This document shows positions 1-11,001 of a DNA stretch of 64,000 bases, one piece after another (position 1 is the stretch's first letter; each line of letters begins with the position of its first letter). Source of the DNA: Microthyrium microscopicum (Eukaryota); assembly GCA_010405405.1 (NCBI GenBank), contig MU004231.1, forward strand, positions 62,001 to 126,000. Direction: 5' to 3'. The notes under the pieces were generated by a model. It saw nothing but the letters and a program-made list of their open reading frames with translations, was not told the DNA's origin and did no database searches. Made by a program: the position numbers and the translations under genes.

Positions 1-1644
1 CATAGCGAGTCTAGCTTGTTCAATTCAGTCGATGAATGGCGACGATCATGAGCGTAGAAACAGTGCAGAACTTTGGTTCGTGCAAAAGAAAGGGTTGGAG
101 GTGGAAGGTTTCAGGTGGAGCAAATTCGTGGCTGACATCAGACGTCTTTGGTGAGAATCAGGGGCTTGATAACGCAGTGATGTACAGCAAATCTTTCCAT
201 CATTCCATATTTTATTTTAGAGCACCATTTCTTCCTCAAACATTCGCCAAAGAAAACGATCGACTTGGTGACAATTCGATTCCAGTATTTCCAAGAACCG
301 TCCCCCGTCATACCATCGTAACAAGCTCATCAAAACAAGCTCTCATACTTCAAGTTTATTTTGCAGATGTCACAACTCCAAATTGTTCCCAAAAGTTGAT
401 CATCATCATTATGTAGAATATGTTCGCACAGTTACGATTGTTGTAGTTGTGAAGGACTATTCAGCCTTTCTCCGGGAAAGATGATAGCATAGTATCGTCC
501 CAATAGAACCAAGCGCCGTTGCGCGGGAATATACATTGAATCTATGAGGACGTACTTCCGTACGTATTCTTTACTTCTCGTGTTCATTCGAGTCTTGTTG
601 ATTCCTGCACAATCTTTCTGATGGCGCATCGGTATGGATATATCATAGCAGGTAGGGTAAGCAATATAAACGGACCAAATGACTTGCTAACAACAAAGAT
701 TCTTCTTCAATCAAGCAAGAGCGCACTGAAATCCTTGAAAGTCATTGAAGTCTCTTGCAACATGAACAACCATTAATCATAATGCCCCGACTAGTTTCGA
801 CACTGAGAGACAATTCAACTGATAATGCTGTTACAAATCTTCCGAAAAATGAACTGCCAATTCCAGATGCCCACGGTCTTATTTATGGTACATTAAGGCC
901 CTAGCTTTCTACTCACGAAAGTGGGTGGTCTTCCAAGCTACAAAGCCATATATCACATACAACGCTAAGTCCATTTGATCCCATTGTACCATGAAGGCCT
1001 GTAATTCATTAAGCATTCACTGTCCTGTTGCCTCTGCCAATTGAGAAGTCTCGTCAACAAATCCTATAATGATATGAGCAAATATCTGCTTGCGAGTGCC
1101 ACATAACCTATGGTAAATGAAATGGTGTCCATCATTACAAAACTCGCATTCGGAATTCCCATTGCTTTACCAGTACGCGGGAAGGATATTGAGGTTCCTA
1201 TTTAGCCAACACTCCTATGCAAAGAACATCGCCTCCCATCAGGGGTATGTTCCAATGAAAATAACTAAATGGTAAGCTTGGACACGATTTATGAGCCACT
1301 GTGTTCCTATCATCGTCTTGTGATTTCACCCCCATGCAATTCGATCGAATATGTAGTATAATCCTAGAATCATAGCTTCCTTGAGCAATGAGTTTAGTAA
1401 CTAATGATACTACTCTGAGGTGTTCAGGGGCCAATAAAGCTCTGAAATGCCTGCAAATTGGCAGATCTGGGTCCGTACAGCGATGTGACATGTCAAATCT
1501 ATGGTCATAGTGTGATAACGGTGATTGCCTATTTGACGAGCTCCTGCGGAAGATTATTTAGTCTACATCTTGCCATATGCTCGTAATTCCGCGTCTTGTA
1601 ATGCAATTGTTGATTCATTTGCATTGGTTGCGGGTTTCTCCACA

Positions 1645-3408
1645 ATGCGGTTCTCCATATTCATAAGATTGGCGTGCTTGCTGTGTAATTGTCATATTAC
1701 CAGTAAGTTTACTGGAAGTCACCCTTATACAATCGGGCCATTTGACGCTAACATGAAGTCTAACAACAGATGCCGCTTCCTATGAATCTCCCGCCCCTGG
1801 CGCATTGGCTGCTAGTTTTGAGCCACATCAGACAAAATCCGTCGTCAATACGGTCATCCTAGATGTTGCGCCCACGCCAATACCGCGAGAACTACAGGCA
1901 AGGAGCCCGCAGAGAGGGAAGGGTATGGCATGGGGGAAAGGACGAGGTCCGCCGTGGGGCGCAGGTCCTCCTCCCTGGGTACGAGGAGGTGAGTAATTCT
2001 TCAGAAAAGTTGTGCATTGGCTGAAGTTATATAGCAATTCCGCCTGTTGAGATACATGGTGGAGGGAACCTAGCAAGAGATCAGTTTTGCGCGCAACTTC
2101 TCGAGTCTGTTATACCGCCCATGTTCAGCATGATGGGAAATACTGTACTAGGAGGCGCGCAGGGCCCGAAACCCACCGTTACAGTCAATATGGGCGGACC
2201 TAATCGGTATGGAGAGAATCTCGATACATGTATGAATACAATGGGTCCGCCATGGGCCTGGACAGGCGGGCGGAAGCCACCTTATGGAGATGGATTACCT
2301 CCAATTGTAAGACCCTGTTGATGCCTTATTGTAGGGGATTGGTCTGACTGATCTAGGTCATTGTACAACAAGGTACCCCTTCGAACAATCCTATGGTATG
2401 CTCAGCTGCTACTTCGTCACTATCCAGATCGGTCTCGCAGTATTTCTCTTATGTTTCCTCATCCAGAAACGTAAACTCGGTACATCGGACTGGCCTGGCT
2501 GGGACAGTGGCTTCAGCGGTTGCATCCGCATTGAGCACGAGGCCCTCAGCAACCTTCTATGGAGGACCATGTGTGACTGGAGGGAGATATAGTGGAGGCT
2601 CAATACCAGGCGTTTTCCCAACGATAGGAATTGCGACGAAATCGGGTGGCAGCGCAGTATTTGGCGACGCTCCGGCATCAGGAATTACGCACGCTACTAC
2701 TTACTTTACACAGGCCCGACCAACGCAACAAGCGACGCAGACTGTGACTATAACGAGAGACAATTCTCCCCCTTCTGCGCCGTTGGATATCGAGACTACT
2801 TCTGAAGTCACTGTGTGTCGGCAATATCCGGATTTGCTTACCAATGACTGGAGCCATGTAGCGAATTTGGAACTCAAGACGAAAATCAAACCCACTTGCT
2901 GGACGGTATCATCTCTTCCATACGAGATGGGCAGTATAAATGGAAGCAACATATGGATACACGATCAACCCCATGACTGCTGGGTCCACGAGCAACTCCT
3001 AAACACCCACCAGGATGACCTTACTCAAAAACTGAAATACTGCAAAACGCCCCAACATCTAGTCGGTGGGTTACAAGAACAATATACACGACAAGACTGT
3101 TATGACGGTCCCTCTTTGGACGCTCCATCCAAAAACCTTGGAGATGGTGACTACGTCGATGTCACCTGTCAGATTTTCGGCGAAAATGTGCGAGGCAACA
3201 AGTGAGTTTCCAACAGGAAAACATTTCTTTCACTGTTAAAAGAGGCTAATATGATGAAAGTACCTGGATCAAAACCTCTCAGAACTGTTATATGCCCGGA
3301 GGAGTCTTCGATCTTGCAAAATGGCTCAGTGAGTACAAAGACTCATAAGAATATCACACCTTACTAACAAACCAACCAGCACCAATGAACCTCAAATCAT
3401 GCACATAA
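1645..3408 (+). CDS. Secreted Gly/Pro/Thr-rich protein with two C-terminal Cys-containing SH3b-like repeats (6 exons)
   Basis: ATG 1645 gives MRFSIFIRLACLLC (signal-peptide-like). Five GT..AG introns join ORF-track pieces 1805, 2121 and 2393 and two short 3' exons in frame, ending ...KTSQNCYMPGGVFDLAKWLTPMNLKSCT* (TAA 3406-3408). The repeat C..GP....V.VTCQ..GENV.GN..W.KT...CY resembles, from memory, the N-terminal SH3b-like repeats of fungal NlpC/P60 proteins. Confidence 0.75.
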
Positions 3409-3843
3409 CAACCAGCCACTGAACCATACTTAACGAAAACGATCATATCGCCCATCCTATGTAAAATTAGCACAAAGTTCCGTTTATACAATACCCCAAA
3501 TATCAAATGTCAGATACCTGACCTGAACCGAAAGCAAAGCATATGTTCATACCAAGAGTTCACATAAGATTGATGAAGCGACAAGCGTTTAGTATTGTAC
3601 CAACGTTCCAAGTGACAAGATGACAAAAGTTGTTTTGATTCAATTCAGAGCACAAGCCCAATTTTCATGCAAAACATGCTGTCACGAGCTCTATAAATGT
3701 CCCATACATGTGTTGTTACAAAATGGCGTCAAATTGGCCCTAGCTTTTCCTTTCGGAGGGACAGATAAAGGGTTCGATCTGCCCACTTGCTTTCTCAACC
3801 TATACTTCCTCCTTTTTGCTGCTGTTATGCTGTCCGATCTTTT

Positions 3844-5516
3844 CTAGATGGTTGTTGGTGTGCTGGCTGACACTACCGATGGGAGTGGTGGGAGAGCACC
3901 GCTTGCTGCGCCTGAAGCAGCAGGTGGTGGTGCTGGGCCTCCGGCTGGTGGTGCTGGAGGTGAGGCAAGTGGTGCTGGTGCTCCTGCTGGTGCAGCTGGA
4001 GAAGTGCCGTTGGTAGATGCGCCGGTGTTGCCAGTACCCTTGGCCGCCTTCTTTGCCTTCTATCGTGGAGATTAGCATGCGAAATTGGAGGTCAGTGGTG
4101 AGTTGCAATTGCTTACCTTTGCCTTCTTTGCTTTCTTCGCCTTCTTGGCGGCGTTCTTCTTGGCCTTCTTACCTCCCTTGCCCTTCTTCGCAGTAGGCGC
4201 AGTAGTAGTACCGTTTCCAGTGTTGGTGCCTGCTGTGAGAGTGGTGTTGGCAGCAGCGCCAGCGGGACCAGCGGGCCCGGCGAGAGCACCAGGACCAGCA
4301 GCCTTATTGTGAGGATCGCGAGCAACGACAGCCTTGTTTGCTGGTTTGGCTGTAGCTTTCAGTTAGCGTTTATATGACTTAAGGGTTGATTAGTTGAGAC
4401 AAATGATCCCAGTGAAGATCGCCCGTGAAGATCACCCGGAAATTTAACAGAAGGACATTGGACCCCTGTTTTGAGCCCATGAGTGTTTTCTTTTACGTCA
4501 AAGTTCTTGAATGTTTCATGAATTTCTTGTGTGTGGTTGTCTGTGTGAGAGTTCTCTTGAAATGTTTATGTTTCTTTTTCTTGGAAAAATTCTTGACTGG
4601 ATTGGTTCTTTGAAATTGGTTGTTGATTCTTTTTAAACTCTTTAAAACGGTTGCTCTTTAAAACAAATTCTTTAATAAAACTCTCCAAACCACAGATTGC
4701 TTTGGCCAAGATGTGTCAACCATGCCATCTTGTATGGCCGAATGGTTTGTTCCAGCCGAAATCAATCGAGAAAAAAGAAGGGTATCGATTTTTGTCGGTT
4801 TGGGGCTCAAAACAGGGTCTTCTTTCAAATGTCCTTCGTGCTCAAATTTCCGGCAATCTTTCAGCAGGATATCATGAAGGACGATTTAGACGCGACGGTT
4901 TCCACCTCTCGCTTTCTTTGCCTTCTTACCTTTCTTTGCGGCCTTTGCCGGAGTTGCGTTCTTCAACACACCTATGCATGATTAGTTTTCGGTGTTTCTA
5001 GAAAACTTTGGGATGTAATACCTCCGTTCACAGCCTTAGCTGGGGTATTGGTCTTTGCCTTGGCGCTAACGGCCTTATAAGCGGCAAGAGATGTAGCACC
5101 CTATCCGCGAGTTAGTATGTTGTTCTGATTTATCTAGTTCAAACACTTACAGTTGCGCTTGGGTTGATCACCATAACCATACCAACTTGGCAATGTTGAG
5201 CCTGAGCGCAGTAAACAACCTGGGGTTGAGTGCTTGTGACAGCAACATCGAATGTTGGCTTGGTACCGGCGTTGGCGGCGACATTGACGAATCCAGAGTT
5301 GAATTGTCCACCTGGCTTGCATCCTTGGCCGGGTGTACCAGCGGTGGCAGTGTGGTTTTGGTCCAAAAAGGTAAATCGGACAGTGTCACCTGGATTGGCG
5401 GTGATAGAGGTTGGTGCGAAAACGAGCTGCTTGTTGCCGCCGACATTGACGTTCTTGATTGCGGCAAAGGCAGCGCCAGCCTGGGCGACAAGAGCAACGG
5501 TCTTTGAGAAATGCAT
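3844..5516 (-). CDS. Secreted cupredoxin-domain protein with Lys/Ala/Pro-rich tail (long isoform; a short isoform ends at 4886)
   Basis: Signal peptide MHFSKTVALVAQAGAAFA. Cupredoxin motifs F.P..I.A.PGDTV.F.F...NHT and YCAQAQHCQVGMVMVINP carry the His/Cys/His/Met type-1 Cu ligand pattern. Introns 5150-5101, 5021-4972, 4929-4350 and 4116-4060 are all phase-compatible; stop TAG 3846-3844. Confidence 0.85.
4426..4863 (-). other. Long-range intronic RNA duplex (arms 4863-4803 and 4478-4426) with internal hairpins
   Basis: On the transcript GGGCUCAAAACAGGG/CCCUGUUUUGAGCCC (15 bp), AAUGUCCUUC/GAAGGACAUU (10 bp) and AAAUUUCCGG/CCGGAAAUUU (10 bp) are colinear complementary blocks, with G-U pairs in the flanking segments. 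Confidence 0.7.
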
Positions 5517-6273
5517 GTTGAGTATGTTGGTAAGGCTATCAAAGCTGTTCGGTAAGGAATGTATTGTTTGTTGGTGAAAGAAGTGAAAGTATACTCTCCA
5601 GGAGATAGATGTATAACGAGCTAGCGTTTTTGTAAAAGAGTGGAATCCAGTCCAAGATACTGAAGAGAAGATCTAAAGAGAAGCTGATGAAGGAATGTTT
5701 GGCTGCTGAAAAAGATTCATGGAAACGGAGTCACTTGGCATATATAGTAATTCCACTTGGCCGTCAAATGTCATTCTTGTGGAGATGTTTCCTAGGTAGA
5801 TGTGGAATTACTTACCAGTACCAGGGACTGAATCAAAGGCGGTAAAGCGGCGCCAGGGAGAGCGGTTGACAGGCTAAACATGGGCGGATTCAAGATGCGC
5901 ACCTGGTGGTTGAGAGACACATGACAGTTGGATGACAGGAACACTTGATGGGAAACAAACGAAAGAATGGCTGAAAATAGAATGCATGATTGGGTGAATG
6001 CTTTGAATCGATGGATATGCCAGGCTCGCCAGTTCTGCCAGGAGGTGAAACGTTTCGAGGTCTGGCAGTGGCTGTATAGAGCAGACTACACAGCATCCTT
6101 CCAAGGTTCGAGATGACCTAGCAAACGCGGAAAAATACAGACGAAGCTGTTTCTGAATACCCTACGTAAATGGTAGGCCTGGAACAATAACAGTGGTTCT
6201 GAACATTGCAACCACGAATCTGGTTTGAAGGATTTCCAAAGTGAAGTTAGAGAGCTCGGAATGATTGGACAAC

Positions 6274-6455
6274 TATGACGGCTCATAACGGCCACCCTAG
6301 CCACTTCACCAAAACCAAAAGGTCTAAATATCTATATTTTATAAATGCAATATTCCTATACCCATTTCCCTATTTTAGCGCTTTAGATAAATTTTAAAAG
6401 AGATATTCAAAAATTACGTATTTTTTAGTACCTAAATTAAGGTAATTAGTAATAA
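6274..6455 (+). repeat. Left terminal inverted repeat (182 bp)
   Basis: Aligns ungapped to the reverse complement of 17484-17665. First 25 bp are identical (TATGACGGCTCATAACGGCCACCCT); 17 mismatches by manual count. Confidence 0.95.
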
Positions 6456-6477
6456 CTAATATAGATATTAGTTAGAG

Positions 6478-6744
6478 GCTTACTAAATTTAGGGAGAAGC
6501 GTCTCTAGAAAATATTCTTATAAGTTAAAGGCTATAAGCTATAGGTAAATTTTAGTATAGTTATAGGGATATATTATAAGCAAAGATATTAGTTCGTAGA
6601 GAAGCTTACTAAATTTAGGAAGAAGTACTTCTAAAAGATATTCTTATAGGTTAAAGGCTATAAACTATAAGTAGATTTTAGTATAGTTATAAGGATGTAT
6701 TATAAGTAAAGATATTAGTTTATAGAGAAGCTTACTAAATTTAG
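6478..6744. repeat. 126-bp subterminal tandem repeat (about 2.1 copies)
   Basis: GCTTACTAAATTTAG starts at 6478, 6604 and 6730; the two full copies differ by RIP-type transitions. Confidence 0.9.
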
Positions 6745-8270
6745 TAAGGGAATATTCTTTAGGAAGACTATACTTATAATATCTTCCCTAAAATAGCTTT
6801 AATAAATAAAATAACTCTGCGTAAGGGTTTTAATTAGGGCTAGCACTATAGGGCTCCTTCCTTAAAAGAATAAAAGCAAGGTTATGGATTTATGACTATA
6901 GTAAAGTTTAGTAAAGCTTAGTAGTAGTAATTCCTTACTAAATTAGCTTATAGGTAAGCCTTAGCTATAATGTCCCTTTTAGGGTATTATTTCTTTTATA
7001 GGTTCTTAGGTTATTCCTTTACGTATTATCCCTTTAGGTTAGGCGTTATATCTTAATAGTAAGGAGGGTATAATCCCTTACTAAATAATATTATTCTAGT
7101 ACGTTATCCTTTTTACTTATAACTACTTTACTAACTTTTAGTAAGTCTAAGTTACTAAAAACTTCTATCCCTTTAGCTATAACGTCTTCTAATGCTCCTC
7201 TACTACTAATTTGTATCTCTAAAAATAATTTCTAGCTTTTAATATAATTATATAAGCTTTAAGACGTTAATATAGAGTATTTTAGACTTTTCTATTTATA
7301 TTATATAAGATAAAGTTATGTTTTGGTAAGTCTATATCCCTTAGCTTATGTACTAAATCGTTATATATACTATTTAGCTTACTAATTAGTAGAACTACTA
7401 ACGCTAAAAGTGTAAGTATTCCTTATAAATACTAATTATTTTATAAAACGTGTCTATACTTAAATATCTAAGGGGCTAGCTTACTATTATAAAGCACTAT
7501 GCCTATAAGAATATAAAAAAAGTAAGGAAATAGCGCAAGATTAGCGCTAGGATAGTTAGCGCTACTATATAATAATCTCATAAGGCTAAATTATATATAA
7601 GTTTGTCTTTTTTTATTAAATTAAGCATAACTAATACGATTAGGTAATAAAATTATAGTAGAGAAAGTTTAGTAAAGTAAGATTTTTTAGTATTAAGTAA
7701 GAAAGAGACTATAACTCTAATCTAGCTATTATATTTAAGTAGCGCTAAGCTAGTTTATATAGCAAGTAGTATATATACCTAAGTCTTACTAAGTTTCTCT
7801 ATAGCTATATTAAGAGCTAGGTAAGTAGGGAAACTTAGCAATTTTAGCTCTTTTATAAAAAAAAAGGAGTAAAATTATAATAAATTCTAACACGTAACGT
7901 TAAAAATTACGTAGAATCTATAATAATATTAAGCTTATACTATATAGTAGTTTTATATCTATGTAGTCTTACTATAATAATCTAGTAGTAAGTATTACTT
8001 TAAGAATAATGTCCTACTACTATAAAGTAAGCCTTCTTAGTTAAAAGGCTCTCTCTACTCTTAATTCTATACTCTCTAGTATAGTATACTTCTATGTGTA
8101 TAAAATTAATTATAAAGCTTACTATGCTATTCCTCCCTAGGGACTACTTAAGAGAATACGTATAGTAAGATACCTTATAATAAAATGCTTAGTATTTTAC
8201 TTATAGTGTGCGCTCTATAGATAACCTATTAGAATATATTAAGGTATCTACCCTTCATAGAGAGATACTT

Positions 8271-8340
8271 TATATAAGGAATTAAGATATTGTTTTACTT
8301 ATTATATAAGGGATTAAGATATTGTTTTACTTATTATATA
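8271..8340. repeat. 32-bp tandem duplication inside the transposon
   Basis: TATATAAGG(A/G)ATTAAGATATTGTTTTACTTAT starts at 8271 and 8303. Confidence 0.85.
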
Positions 8341-11001
8341 TGTTTATTTTAGTAAAATAAAAAGAATAACTTATAATTACTTTTTAAAGTACTATTTAAT
8401 AATTACTTAGCTTTAAGGCAGCTAAAACTAATAGAGATTACTAGTCTAACCTATCTCTATAACCTAGTCTAGTTTTCTAAATATATAAGTATTAACTAGC
8501 TAGGATAGCTATAAAGCTTTTCTATTACTAAGTAGTATTATTTAATACTACGTATTACTTAGGCAAGTAAAGCTTTCTATAATAAAGCTTATTAAGTAGT
8601 ATATTTATACTAATACTTAGTAAAATTACTATAAGGGTATCTTAGTAGATCTTAATTAATATTAAGACTCTTTTAGAGTAATAATATTATAATAATCTTT
8701 ATAACTATTTATGCTTTAGTATTTATTATTAGAGATATCTTATTATACTTCGTTAGTTGCCCTTCTTTAATATACTTTCTAGAAAAGATTAAAATAGTAA
8801 GGTATTTTTTATATTAATTTTTTTTTTTTAAAAAAAAGTCTTAACATCTTTAACGTTAATACATTCTATATTAATATATTATATTATGCTAGGTTAATCT
8901 ATAGTAATATAGGTAGTTTTTAACTATTAATTAATTAGTATTTTAGTTATACTAAATGCTATAACTACTTATTACTTAAAGATACTATATACGAGATATA
9001 AATAATATTACTACCTTTTATTAGTTATAGCCTACTATAGACTACTATCTATAGTAGGCTTATTAATAATGACTAATTACCTTCTTATTTAGAGATTTTA
9101 TCTTATAGATAGGCTTATTAGTTATAATAGAGTAATTCTAGTATATTTTTTAAGTCTAATCTCGTTTTTCCTTTACCTATTTTACTAATAATGCTCTCTT
9201 AAGGCTATAGTTTTGTATAACTTATTATGCTTATATAGTAGTTATACTTTAGTCTAGAGTATAGTAATTAAGTTATTCTATATATTAAAGGAGCTTATAT
9301 TTTATAATATAGAGGAAAGTTAGTTAAAAACTAGTATATTATTTAAATACTATCTAAACTAAATACTAGCAAGTTAGTATTTAGGAGAAAGGTTACCTAA
9401 AAACTAAAGCTAACTACTATAATTTTTTATTATAATTTTTATTTAAACTAGGCTCCTTAAAGACTTTCTAATATTATTATAACCTTATTATTATTATATA
9501 TAAAGATAATTCTATACGCTACTTTATATCCTTAAGAAGTATAAACACTATATTAAGAATAATATAAATAATATAAGTAGGTTATAAGATTATTAACCTA
9601 TATAAATTATAAGCTCTTAATTTTACTAAGAGTATTCCTATCTATAAAAAGTGATTTTACTTTAATCTAGTATTAATAAGTATATTTAATACGTTAGCCT
9701 TAACGTATAATAGAAGTTATACTCTTTACTTTAGTATAAAATATATATCTTTTTTAAGAAAGTTAAGTTTATTAAGTAAAGACTCTAGGTAGCTTTATTA
9801 AGGTAATTTAACTATATTATTTATTAGCTAGTAGTTATACTTTAGATATACCTAATTTTTTCTTAGATAGAAATTTTAGTATATATTATTAATCTAAAGT
9901 AGTAAATATTGTTATTAAAAGAACGTAGATATAAAAGCCTCTAAAAAAATAGAGAAACTTCGTTACTTAATATATAATTAGTAGTATATTATAAGAAAGG
10001 TAGGAATATACTTTTTATTAATATATACTAGATAACGTAAATAAATATTAATAAATATTATTATTAGTTTATTAATATATAGAGGTAGGCTAGTTAACTA
10101 CTTCTAAATATCTTTATTTAAGTAGTATTCTTTTTAAGTTAAAAAGTATTAGTCCCTAGTAGGTAGAAGTAGTAACTATAATATATATCTAAATACTAGA
10201 CGATTAAGTAGTAAAAGAGTAGCTTAGAGTTAGCTAATATCTAAAAATATATTACTAGCTATAGTAGTTACTAACTAGTCGTTATGCTTATTTATAAAGA
10301 GATATTATAAAATCTAAGTAGTTAAACTTTTAACTTATAAAGCTTACGTATCTATCTACCTTATTACCTAGTAATAATTAATAGCTTTAAGAATAAACTA
10401 AGGGTTTATTTAGAATATCTAGGGATATAGAATAGTAGGCTTATATTTTATATATTATAATTAATAGAAACAAAAATATAAAAAGCGTATTATAGGCTAT
10501 CCTTTACTAGATTTAAGCCTATAACGTACGCTTTAAGTAAGTCCTAAATTTACTCTATTATCTACTAATCTACTTTAAGATAATAGAAATTACTTTTAAT
10601 ATCCCTATTTATTTTAGTAGTTATTTTTTAATATATTTACTTTTACTTATTATTACTACGCCTAGGATAGTAAAGTAAGTATACTACTTTACTTACCCTA
10701 GGTACTTATTATATATTTAATTCTTTTATCTTTTTAAGAAGTCTTCTATCTATAGGGATAGTATTATATTAATAGATTAAAGCTAATTATAAACTTAGGC
10801 ATATATTATAAGTATTAATTAGAGTATAGCTAGTAGTACTTCTTTTTAGAAAAATAGTTATATCTAACGTAATAGTATATCTCTACTAAGGACTTTATTA
10901 TATATATATTAATAAAGTACTAGATTTCTACCTACTATATTATTAATTAAGGTAGTGCTTTATATAGAAGAAATATATATTAGCAATAAGATAACTAATA
11001 A

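Noticed and set aside
1..1600. Short ORFs at the window start
   Set aside because: No motif or splice-consistent model was found.
3735..3795. tRNA-like GGTTCGATC
   Set aside because: No cloverleaf could be built; I found no convincing tRNA or rRNA gene in the window.
4350..4929. TPP riboswitch in the long intron
   Set aside because: The conserved CUGAGA and UGAUCUGGAUAAUACCAGCG-type core is absent and the host is not a thiamine gene.
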